A DNA stretch of 63,390 bases, filler included, from Octopus bimaculoides (GCF_001194135.2; 7 parts of 6 records of this genome joined end to end with filler, not necessarily neighbours in it), one strand, 5' to 3'; shown: positions 25,843-36,415, numbered from the whole stretch's first letter. Program-made: numbers and translations. The notes: generated from the sequence alone by a model not told the origin.

Positions 25843-26170
25843 AGGCGTGTGGCCTAGTAGTTAGGGTATTCGGCTCGCGATCGTGGGGTCGCGAGTTCGA
25901 GCCCCGGCGTCGCATTGTGTTCTTGAGCAATACACTTTATTTCACGGTGGTCTAGTCTACTCAGTTGACAAAAATGAGTGGTCCCTGTATTTCAAAGGTG
26001 CCAGCTTTGTCACACTCTGTCTCGTGCTGAATCTCCTTAAGAAGTGTGTGAATGGATACGCGTGTCTGTGGAGTGCTCAGCCACTTGCAGGTGAATTTCA
26101 TGAGCCAGCTCTTCTATTGATCGGATCAGCTGGAGACCTCCTCCTCATCGTAAGCGACGGATTGCCAGTA
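25843..26170 (+). mobile_element. tRNA-headed SINE family C
   Basis: A-box-like tggcctagtagttagg and B-box gagttcgagccc, followed by cattgtgttcttgagcaa. Tail shared with 22868-23040. Confidence 0.88.
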
Positions 26171-26243
26171 GTACCAATAATATATATAGATATATATACA
26201 TGCGCATATATATATGTACATACATATATATATATATATATAT

Positions 26244-26584
26244 AAAGTGTAGTATATTGCCACTTTAGTGTGGCTGACCCCTAGGGGTGGATGTTACTGT
26301 TGCTTTTAGCCCCAGGAGGACATCTCCTCCAGCTGGCTTGTCGACACACGACTGTGTCCTGTTTGCCAAGGGAAGTTATCCCTCTCACCATGATCTGTAG
26401 CACGAACGGATCCGGATTTCAGGGTTATTTCCCTTCGTCGGCGTTCGACAGCCACTGACCTTGGTGAAAGAGACAAAAACCTGGCAATCTTATATCTACT
26501 TTTCCAGTGAAATTCTTCACTGATATCGAAAAGGTGAAAACAAGCAATGTTAATTCTCTAAATGAAGTATTAACAGTAACTGCA
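26244..26584 (-). mobile_element. PLE terminal-repeat-like short element carrying a hammerhead motif
   Basis: Contains the hammerhead at 26403-26447. Its 3' part recurs at 8629-8770, 17368-17420 and, more diverged, 29434-29666. Confidence 0.7.
26403..26447 (-). ncRNA. Minimal type-I hammerhead ribozyme motif (CCGACGA core variant)
   Basis: Minus strand: cgaacg-CCGACGA-aggg[aaataa]ccct-GAAA-tccgga-TC/cgttcg. 6-bp stem I, 4-bp stem II, palindromic ATCCGGAT stem III, AUC cleavage triplet. Confidence 0.8.
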
Positions 26585-26835
26585 NNNNNNNNNNNNNNNN
26601 NNNNNNNNNNNNNNNNNNNNNNNNNNNNNNNNNNNNNNNNNNNNNNNNNNNNNNNNNNNNNNNNNNNNNNNNNNNNNNNNNNNNNNNNNNNNNNNNNNNN
26701 NNNNNNNNNNNNNNNNNNNNNNNNNNNNNNNNNNNNNNNNNNNNNNNNNNNNNNNNNNNNNNNNNNNNNNNNNNNNNNNNNNNNNNNNNNNNNNNNNNNN
26801 NNNNNNNNNNNNNNNNNNATATATATATATATATA

Positions 26836-27130
26836 ATATATAGTTTTAGGGGAAATAACCAAGTTTCAAGAACTCATCGATGGAAATCCACTATCACATA
26901 TAGAAAAATTAACAATTAAAAGCACAATAAATGAGTATAATATAAAGTAAAGTAAATATCATAAGATAAATATATAAATATAATATTATATTATATTTAT
27001 CTTATGATTTTTACTTTAATTTATATTATACTCATTTATTGTGCTTTTAATTATTAATTTTTCTATATGTGATAGTGGATTTTCATCGATGAGTTCTTGA
27101 AACTTGGTTATTTTCCCTAAAACTATATAT
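26836..27130. repeat. About 295-bp near-perfect AT-rich palindrome (foldback)
   Basis: atatatagttttaggggaaataaccaagtttcaagaactcatcgatgg... vs ...catcgatgagttcttgaaacttggttattttccctaaaactatatat. Axis near 26984, with a few mismatches between arms. Confidence 0.92.
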
Positions 27131-27202
27131 TTTATATATATTTTATCTATAAAGCTCATTTTAATTTTTTATAAATTGATTTTAATTGAGTTTTTACCTG
27201 TA

Positions 27203-27271
<69 letters not shown>

Positions 27272-27864
27272 TAAACAACACACATATACTACGGGTATAC
27301 GATATATGGTAACTAATATATGTACACACGCATACACACATACACTCACACACACGCATAAACACACACACACAGGTACGTGATAATATGATTAGTTTAA
27401 CTTTCCTGAGCTATTTTAGTTCCTCTTTCTCAGTTCTTTGCGAAAGTATAACTTTGTCAGCATTCGACCTCGAAAGACAGAACATGAATAATTAACTTTA
27501 TTTTAATTATTCAATTTGTAAATTATCAGTATTTCAATGGCTTTGCAGTAATGTATAGGAATTCTTTTAAACAATTCGATTTGCTCAGCATCTTACCATA
27601 TTTCATCTTGTTTCTTCCACATGGCATGTCTTAAGAAAACTTTACGTTCTCTCACCACCACCAGCCTCCCAACACGGTCACGGCGCCCCATAACTCTCTA
27701 TTTTTATTTCTTTTCAAATTTTGCTCACATACGATTGTAAAGATGGTATATATACACACGCACACACACATACATACATACATGTGTGTGCGTGTATGTG
27801 TAAGCATGTGTATATGTATGTGCGAATAACTGATACATATACATTTATATATAAAGATGGATAG

Positions 27865-27910
<46 letters not shown>

Positions 27911-27912
<2 letters not shown>

Positions 27913-28235
27913 GTGTGGCTGTGTGGTAAGAAGTTTGCTTCCAAAAAGCATGGTTCCGTGTTCAGTCCCTCAGCGTGTCACCTTGAGCAAGTGTTTTTTA
28001 CTATAGCCTCGGGCTGACCAAATCCTTGTGAGTAGATTTGGTAGACGAAAACTGAAAGAAGCCCTTCTCATGTGTGTGCCTACGTCCCCGTAACCTGGCG
28101 GTTGGGAAAAAGGAACGAATAGAATTAGTTTAAGGCTTAAAAAATAAGTACTTGCGTCGATTCGTTTGACTAAAATTCTTCAAGGCAGTGCCCCAGCATG
28201 GCCACAGTCTAACTGAAACAGGTAAAAGAATAAAA
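27911..28235 (+). mobile_element. SINE family B
   Basis: gtggctgtgtggtaagaagtttgcttcc...ggttccgtgttcagtccc...ccttgagcaagtg...ccagcatggccacagtc...ctgaaacaggtaaaagaata. Confidence 0.88.
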
Positions 28236-28739
28236 TGCTATATATTCATATATATATGCGTGAGTGTGCATGTCTTTATAATACATGTACACACACACAA
28301 TAAACTACTTTCATTTCGGTAACAAATTATTGCTTCAAGTATTTTACTCTGCAAAACTACTTTGTTTTCTTTATCTCTTCTTTCTTTATTCTTAAATTTA
28401 AAGCGTTCTACTTTCAAGGTTTATCCGACAACCTTGTGCTTCATACAAACATACCTCTTTTACCGACACACAAATCGTCTTAAGACCAAAACATCGCCTC
28501 CACAAGATGACCAAGAGCAAAGCGCATTTGAAATTTTTGATGTGCGTTGGTAGTTCTTCAGATTTGTATAATGCGCTCTGTTATGAGTATTTAAGCCAGA
28601 ACCCCATTTGCAGCTATCACGCTCTGATTCCAAACTCGCTTTATTTTAAATCTCACGTACCACAACAACGTGCAAACAGCCACCAAGAGTGAAAACCTCT
28701 TCATCTCAAAAATGCAATCTCAACCGTCCATCATGAAGC

Positions 28740-29360
28740 TAGTGTGATCCAGGAATGGTCACTCTCCTCGCAAAACTATTCGCTTTTAACAGGTATTTAT
28801 TCCAACGCATGGAAGCACTCAGCAATGTACACCATCTCCAAAACGTCAAACCCTGTATCACACACTACCATCCTGTCTACCCCAATATTCAATTATTGCC
28901 ACGAGTACACCAACCCTGTTTTTTCTCCCTCTGTCTCTTCGACTGAAATTACAAAACCGAATTGTATGCCACCTCAACTCAAGATAGCTTCTCTTCACAT
29001 CTTTCTGTACTTACCACAAAAACCTTGCCACAGAAAGTGATGCTAAAGTTATACTAAGACTCATAAAATATCTCGTTCTCTCTTTTCGGTTATTAGTTGG
29101 TCGATTCTAGTCAAGTTGGATTTATAGAAAATTGCTTTCCATGCATCAAGAGACTCTTTCTAACAAGGTTTACTTTGACATCAGCAACGCACTTACGATT
29201 GCTTCAGTCAGAAATTCTACGACTCAGTTTGCTCCTGGGTTCATCCAATCTCTCGTCCTTTGGATTGAAACTTTTCTCTCAAACGCCTCACTCATATCAC
29301 GTTTGATGAGATCCTACTGTGCTTCGCATTCACTTACCTCTGGTTGTATTCCGTACTAGC
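28740..29360 (+). mobile_element. Degenerate CR1/Jockey-like LINE reverse transcriptase fragment
   Basis: YSNAWKHSAMYTISK (FP..WK.A.V.PIPK), DSSQVGF (D.Q.GF), VYFDISNAL (LDISKAFD), LWIETFLSN, SHSLTSGCIP (SGVPQG), spread across several frames. Confidence 0.75.
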
Positions 29361-29433
29361 TTCCTGATCTATTTACTGTTATTTCCAGTGAAACACATTA
29401 CTCTGCAGATATGAGGGCAACAAGTGTCAACTA

Positions 29434-29666
29434 TGGAGTAAAGATTGTTTGCCAACATAACATGGTAGTCCTGGTTTAGGACGAATGTTGCTGTAATTTA
29501 GTCCCAGGAGACATCTTCTCCAGCTGGCTATACGACATGATCTGTGTCCTTGTCTTTCCGAAAATATAAGGACACAGATCGTGTCGTATAGCCAGGGGCT
29601 AAATTACAGCAACATTCGTCCTAAACCAGGACTGCCATATTATGATGGCAAATAATCTTTACTCCA
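29434..29666. repeat. Foldback of a repeat related to the 26244/8629 family, with a deletion in the right arm
   Basis: 29434-29551 is inverted relative to 29568-29666, with a 16-nt spacer. The right arm lacks about 18 bp present in the left arm (gagacatcttctccagct). Confidence 0.88.
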
Positions 29667-29792
29667 AAGCGCTGTTGCTGAATATCTCTCGTTATGAGAT
29701 TTAAAAATAGTAATTTTCTAAGTGTCAACTACAAATAAACTAGGTATTACACATTGATATTAAAGCCATCTTCCATTTGGTATATAACAATG

Positions 29793-30445
29793 TATCAGGC
29801 TGAGTAAAAATAAGTTTTGAAACATGAAATTCATCACAATGTATTTCAACGATGAGGAAATTTTATTCCTCAAAGTAAGTACCATTACAATCGACACATT
29901 TTTGCCAACGAGTTACAAGTTTGTTTAATTCCAGTAACATAAAAATCTGGAGTTTTGGAACTGATGGACTCTTTGAACGCACTTTCAGCATCGGTTTGAT
30001 AATTTAACTCCTTCTCTCGCAGAAAACCATCAAGGTGCTTGAAAAAGTGGTAGTCGATAAGAGAAAGGTATGGAGAATGAGTTGGGGGTGGGGTAGAACT
30101 TGATAACCAAGTTCCTTCAACTTTTGGAGTGTTATTAGTGAAACGTGTGGTCGAGCATTGTCCTGAAGAATGATTGGCCCTCTTTTGTTGACCAGTCTGG
30201 GACTGAGAAGTAGGGTTCATTTTGGCAATTTCATGGCAATATGTTTCTGCAGTAATGGTTTTACCGGGTTTTAAGAAGTTATAGTGGATGAATCCAGCAG
30301 TATACCACCAAACAGTTACCATAACCTTCTTTTGAAGAGCTACCAAGCTGTGTGCCACCTCATCTAAACATGACCAGATTCACTACAACTTCACTTCTCA
30401 TCATTCTGTTCTTACCACAAAAAATCCTATCACAAAAAAATTAAA
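29793..30445 (-). mobile_element. Mariner (Hsmar1/SETMAR-like DD34D) transposase remnant, 3' half with one TIR
   Basis: KKVMVTVWW.TAGFIHYNFLKPGKTITAETYC...HSPYLSLIDYHFFKHLDGFL...FYVTGI. TIR-like TA-TCAGGCTGAGTAAAAA at 29793. Confidence 0.9.
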
Positions 30446-31233
30446 TCTTAAGCCTTTAATACCAGATCTACAAGGTTTTGGTAAAGCCATTTCTGTCTAT
30501 ATTTTCTCAACATGCATCAACTTGAACACATTCCAGCTGAATATCAATCATATCAACTTCTCTTGTTCTCGATAAACTAACATATATCAATGGTTCTGAT
30601 GCACCTCTTCGCACTAAAATGATTAAATAAAGTTCATTAATATATTTATTTGACGTTTTTTTTTTTACTAATAAAGTTTATGCCGAAAGGTAAAATTTCT
30701 TATCAGCTTTACATCTAGGCTCGTGTAAACAAACGCCTGTTTCAGGTGAACAGTAAATGCATTAGGTCCTGAATAAATTGTGAGTAGCCGGTGGCAGTAT
30801 TTTGACTAATGATCAAAGGAAGAGATTAACATTCAATACCATCAATTCTGTCACACACACGCACGCACGCACGTACACACACGTGCCCACACATACTCAC
30901 ACACACTCACACACATTCACACACAAGCATAAACAGTCACGTAAAGTGTGCGGTACAAGAATTTCGAAGTAGCGACAAATTGAAGCTTTAGGCTCTAACA
31001 AACGAATATATATAACGTGTATGTGTGTGTAGATGTGTGTATATGTGTTTGTGCGTGTGTGTTATAATGTAGTGCTATGCATGTATACACATTAACATGT
31101 TCAATATCGCTAGTGAGGAGGTTTGTAGATGTCACACGTGACATGAATCACATGATCCTTTTTATTGCAGCTCTTATTTCACTTTCTGTGTAAATCTAAC
31201 TCAAACTTGAAATGTTAAATAAAGGGAATATTT

Positions 31234-31412
31234 ACAGTTCTATATTTAAGAGATGAGGAATTATTTACATTATTTACATTATTTACATTTGACAGATATT
31301 TGTCCTCATCTTGTTTGTTGTTAACACAACGTTTCGGCTGATATACCCTCCAGCCTTCGTCAGGTGTCTTGGGGAAATTTCGAACCTGGGTTCTCATTCC
31401 TATCGATGTTAC

Positions 31413-31463
<51 letters not shown>

Positions 31464-31545
31464 TATTAATCAGGTCGCTGCCGTGAATCGAACTCGGAAC
31501 CTTGGGGTTAGTAGCCCGCGCTCTTAACCACTACGACATATGCCC
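31234..31545 (-). mobile_element. Full-length tRNA-headed, hammerhead-bearing SINE-like element
   Basis: Minus strand: GGGCATATGTCGTAGTGG (A box)...GAGTTCGATTC (B box)...GACCTGA, then (AAT)n, a body with the hammerhead, and an (AAATAATGT)n-like tail. No TTTT on the sense strand. 14-bp TSD TAAAGGGAATATTT at 31220-31233 and 31595-31608, which also encloses an inverted 5'-truncated copy at 31546-31594. Confidence 0.9.
31323..31368 (-). ncRNA. Minimal type-I hammerhead ribozyme motif (canonical CUGACGA core)
   Basis: gacac-CTGACGA-a-ggctg[gagggtatat]cagcc-GAAA-CG-TT/gtgtt. Perfect 5-bp stem II; palindromic AACGTT stem III region. Confidence 0.82.
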
Positions 31546-31930
31546 GTTAACAACAAACAAGATGAGGACGAATATCCGTCAAATGTAAATAATGTAAAGG
31601 GAATATTTGTTTCATTTAGCCATTTAAGACACACAAAAACTGTTATTGTCACTTTTCTTATGATGTCAAACTCCTCGTTGCTTTCTGTGGCTTGATTACG
31701 AATACAATTCCACTGGAAATTATGGAAATTAGTCTGTGGGAAATGTTTAGTGTTGGAGAATGTTCTTTACTCGTGCCTTTCTTATAGATGCTTGATATAG
31801 GTCACCATTTGTCACTTCAAACTCTTCTGTTTTCTACAAATTATAGAATATATAACAGTTTTTTTTCTTCTATACACACAAATGTATGTGTGTACACATA
31901 TATGTGTGGGTGTATGGTAATATATAAAAA

Positions 31931-31966
<36 letters not shown>

Positions 31967-32131
31967 GTACACACATACATACATACACACATAAATTCAT
32001 ACACACACACACACACATATATATATACAGCACCATGAAAAGCATCCAGCAAATAGCTAACTCCATCCACCTGAGTATTAAGTAACAGCGCATTGTCCCA
32101 GCAACCACCCTAACTATAGACTCTGTGTGTG

Positions 32132-32169
<38 letters not shown>

Positions 32170-32173
<4 letters not shown>

Positions 32174-32341
32174 TAACGTTTCCTTCTCGGGCCACACCAG
32201 GCTCATAAGGGTCGATTTCCCGGTTTCAGTGGCGTATATCTTGCCCCACCTGGATGGAACGCCGAACCATCGCAGAGTTACTCATTTACGCCAATTGAGT
32301 GGACTGGAGCAACGTGAAATGAAGTGTTTTGCTCAAGGACA
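32170..32341 (-). mobile_element. SINE family C-related 3' portion
   Basis: tgagtggactggagcaacgtgaaatgaagtgttttgctcaagga is the reverse complement of the motif at 25920-25970 and 57265-57320. Confidence 0.75.
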
Positions 32342-32442
32342 NNNNNNNNNNNNNNNNNNNNNNNNNNNNNNNNNNNNNNNNNNNNTTAATTAATTAANNN
32401 NNNNNNNNNNNNNNNNNNNNNNNNNNNNNNNNNNNNNNNNNT

Positions 32443-32640
32443 GTATATATATATGTATATATGTATTTATGTATATATATATGTATATATGTATTTATGT
32501 ATATATATATGTATATATGTATTTATGTATATATATATGTATATATGTATTTATGTATATATATATGTATATATGTATTTATGTATATATATATGTATAT
32601 GTATATATATATATATTTATGCATGTATATGTATATATAT
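32443..32640. repeat. 28-bp minisatellite derived from (AT)n
   Basis: Unit gtatatatatatgtatatatgtatttat repeated about 5 times, then degenerating. Confidence 0.85.
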
Positions 32641-32784
32641 ATATTTCTGTATGTATATGTGCAGAAATGGCATATTTCAAATGAACAAGGTAATGTGATC
32701 CAATGTTATAAAGAATTCCACGAATCAGTTACTCCAAAGTTAGTCGGAGTATCTAATTATATATATATATAGAGAGAGAGGGAG

Positions 32785-33245
32785 AGTGAGAGACAGGTTG
32801 TATGGAGAAATTTGCTTTTCAATCACATGGTTGAGTCCCACTGCATGATACCGTGGGAAAGTGTTTTCTACAATAGCCTCATGCTAACCAAAGCCTTATG
32901 TGTTGATTTGGTTGATGGAATTTGAAAGAAGGAGCCTTTCAGACATACAGACACACACACATCTTTATATATATGTGTGTCTATATATGTATGTATGTGC
33001 ATACATATTTGAATCTGTGTGGAAATTGTAAATGAGCATTATGATCTTACATGTGGTGTAATATGTTTGTAATCTTTTGTGTAAACATGTTCAGCCATGA
33101 GGAAATATTACCTTGCTTGAAAGTATCATGCTTTCACATGTTAGGAAGGGCATTTGGCTATAGAAAATCTGCCTCAATGAATTATAGTTGGCTTATTCAA
33201 GAATAGAAAATTGGACAGTAAAATGATGATGATGATGATGATTAT
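32785..33245 (+). mobile_element. CpG-decayed SINE family B variant with (TGA)n tail
   Basis: aatttgcttttcaatcacatggttgagtcccactgcatgataccgtgggaaagtg...gaggaaatattaccttgcttg...aaaatgatgatgatg. Confidence 0.65.
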
Positions 33246-33884
33246 GATATATATGATTCAGTAAGAAAGTCCTTTTCATAACCGTTCAATAACTTACTCA
33301 TGATCATCACATAGCTTAATGATGTGAGGTGAGAGAAACAGGAAACATTGCAAGATATTCTCCATGATTCTTTCACACAGAATTGCAGGAAGCTAAATGA
33401 AAATCCAGAAATTAAAAAAACCTTTGCAATGATCTTGAGTAAGTTAATGAATAAATAATGAAAAGAATTCATCATAATTGTAATGTTCACATTGTATTGT
33501 ATGAAAACATATCTCTGTATTTGTTGGTGAAGACAATTTAGTACAGAGTTGAAAAGAAAATATAATTTTAAGGTATACAAAAAAAAAAAAAAAAAATTCA
33601 GAAATACATTTTCCATTGCTGTTTAGTCCCAGGTCAACCCTGATCAAGCATTTGAATTATCAATGCTGTCATTCCAACTGTGACAATCAAGTTTATTTTG
33701 TTTCCAAATTATATTAAGCAGAATTTTGGAATAGTAATTATTTTCCTTCTTTATTTTACTACCCTCGTGTTTCGTACAACAAAAATTATGATTCTGAAAA
33801 TATGTTTTTTTTTTTTTTCACCAAAATTTCAATATTATATATTTGTGTTTCTTACTTCTGTGTCTTTTTCTTTTTCATGAGGTA

Positions 33885-34150
33885 TAGGATTCAAAACCTT
33901 CACCACACATGATCATGAGATTGTGGTTTCAATTCCTGGACCAGGTGGTGCATTGTGTTCTCAAGCAAAACACTTCATCTCATCTCACATTGTTCTGCAA
34001 TCACTTCAACACTTGACGAGTGGTACACCATGCATCTTTTCAGGGCAACATCAATTTGATGTAGGGAGTGAATTAATGTACAGCACAAACATTTAATCAC
34101 TATAAACAAATCCTTTGTGCAGGTTGTTGAGTAAGAAATTTCAGAACTAT
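33885..34150 (+). mobile_element. CpG-decayed SINE family C
   Basis: catgatcatgagattgtggtttcaattcctggaccaggtggtgcattgtgttctcaagcaaaacacttcat matches 57215-57290 with CG-to-TG/CA changes. Confidence 0.75.
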
Positions 34151-34366
34151 CTTTCTCGGACTACGAGAGACTACCATTCCATCATTAGAAACATTACTGC
34201 ACTGGTCATAAAGCTAGGAAGTCCACAATTTTTACTGTCATTATATTTCATAATTAATTGTTTATAAGTTGTTTAACTGCTTTCTTTTTTCCTCTTTATG
34301 TGTTTTTAAAATGAAAAATCTTTTTCACAACATTCTAAACAATATTTCATTTTCTCAAAAAAAACC

Positions 34367-34398
<32 letters not shown>

Positions 34399-34435
34399 AT
34401 TAATAAATGAGTATATGCATATATACGTACAGGTA

Positions 34436-34489
<54 letters not shown>

Positions 34490-34505
34490 TATATACACAC
34501 ATATA

Positions 34506-34630
34506 TTATTCTTATAGAAAAATGTAGTTGACAGTGACTTTGAAGTTTCAGCCAACTAAGCCACTGTCTGATGATGGCTTAGCTAGCTGAAACTTCGAAG
34601 TCACTCAACAACATTTTTGTATAAGAATAA
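34506..34630. repeat. Hairpin with about 57-bp arms and an 11-nt loop, containing a hammerhead-like core
   Basis: 34506-34563 is inverted relative to 34575-34630. The plus strand reads actgt-CTGATGA-tggcttagctagct-GAAA-cttcgaag-TC/act. Confidence 0.85.
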
Positions 34631-35498
34631 ATTTGTACCCTACAAAATTATAGAGTAACCCATCAGATTAATGTAAAATTGCTTTTATTATAACTGAACA
34701 TAAAAATAAGCATTAATACATATATGTGTTTGTGTGTGCATGTATATATATAGTGTGTATGTATATATATAATGTGTATGTACTTGGTGTATAATGTATA
34801 TGCTAGCAAGCTCACTTGTGATGCTGCCCTGGGAAAACATTTGTAGAATTGATTTGCTTCTTGCAAGATGTTTCACAAACATGCCTAATGATAACTAACA
34901 ACGAACTTTATTAATACTCTCAAATATATAATATGAAACTTTGTTTAACTTCAGTCCTTTGTTACTTCAAAAACGTACAAATTTAAATCATAAGATATAT
35001 GATCATGCAACTAAACCCCACTCACAAAATTTGAAACTATTATTATTACTATTATCTTAATACAATTTACTGTGATGTCTATTTTTGGGTCAGTAATGGT
35101 GGCATAAATAATAATGTACTGAGCAAATAATTTTGTTGATTAATGACAAAGTTCAAATCCTGCCAGTCATCTTAGACAATGCATTTCATCCCACCATTGG
35201 CCTCCTGGAAATATTTTCTATATTCAATTCAATGGACTACAGCTGCACCAATACATCATCTGTGTATGTGTGTGTGCATGCGTGTAGATACAAATTATAT
35301 TAAGTAATAGAAATTTATTCTGTGTCAAGGGGTCACTAAATGACTAGGGTACACTAAAACCAAGACATGTAGTGGAAAGCGATGATAACAAAAACAGGAT
35401 TTTTTAATTTCACTCAGATCTACATATATATAGTTTAACCCATGTCAGCATGGAAAACAGACCTTAAATAATGATGATTATGGTGATGATAGTATATA

Positions 35499-35562
<64 letters not shown>

Positions 35563-35586
35563 TACTTTATTTAAAAGCAGCAGAAA

Positions 35587-35646
35587 TATAACAAAAGACT
35601 GTTACTCTGAGTTTCACGTTCCCGTTCATCGGACAGTTTTGTTATA
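35587..35646 (-). ncRNA. Minimal type-I hammerhead ribozyme motif (CCGAUGA core variant) in a short (AT)n-flanked repeat
   Basis: Minus strand: tataacaaaactgt-CCGATGA-acg[ggaa]cgt-GAAA-ctcagag-TA/acagtcttttgttata. Extended stem I (about 14 bp with a 2-nt bulge), GNRA-capped stem II, GUA triplet. Confidence 0.8.
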
Positions 35647-35653
35647 TACTCCG

Positions 35654-35701
<48 letters not shown>

Positions 35702-35900
35702 AATTACATTTATGGTAAATTGTATAATCAATATTATGATCAGTGTACATTATCATTAAAATGCATAATTTGTAGATAGTTCTTCTTATACACAAGAATA
35801 ATTAGCTCAATAAAATGTATGATCAATGTATATTTTATCTCTTTCTGTTTATCAATGTTTTTGAAATTCTGGTTTATATGTTAAAATAGTTATTAATGGC

Positions 35901-36099
35901 CTATGAATTTGTTAGCATAACCATTATGAAAGTGCTAACAAAATGCATCATGTTAGCGAACATTGAAAGTTACTATAAATTTTATAATTGATACTAAGAC
36001 CTATAAATTTGTTAGCATAAACGTTATGAAAGTGCTAACCAGATGCATCATATTTCAAACATGGAGAATTGCAATAAATTTTATAATTGATACTAAGAC
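35901..36099. repeat. Two-copy tandem repeat of about 100 bp
   Basis: 35901-36000 and 36001-36099 share ctat.aatttgttagcataa...tatgaaagtgctaac...atgcatcat...ataaattttataattgatactaagac. Confidence 0.85.
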
Positions 36100-36415
36100 C
36101 AGTGTGTGTCATTGATAAAATTGTATACTCAATTTGGGTGCAGAACTTAAGTACATGAACATTGCAAACAGGTTTACCTCTTGGTGCATTCTTTTAGACT
36201 GCAAGCGAGAAACATTTTGAATCAAAAGTAAGTCAGAAATTAATGAAGTCAAAGATGGAGACTCACAATAAATTAAGATTCATTTTGTTATTTTATAATA
36301 GAATTAGAAGGGCAATAAAAACCACATCTTTATGAGAATTTACTAATATTGGAATTTTCAAGATTTTTGTCTGTTTATTCTGAACTTAAAAAAAGCTTTA
36401 GGTAGTGAAAGTTAC

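Noticed and set aside
27085-27115. tcgatga-gttctt-gaaa as a hammerhead
   Set aside because: Non-canonical core, no stem II, and stem I does not pair.
31240-31290. CRISPR-like or regular spaced repeats
   Set aside because: Eukaryotic sequence; the repeats are short tandem tail units (attatttac) without unique spacers. No CRISPR array is present in the window.
31471-31545. tRNA gene (also 36692-36770, 23175-23250, 25843-25915)
   Set aside because: A and B boxes are present, but the 3' acceptor strand does not pair with the 5' end and the sequence continues into repeat bodies. These are SINE heads.
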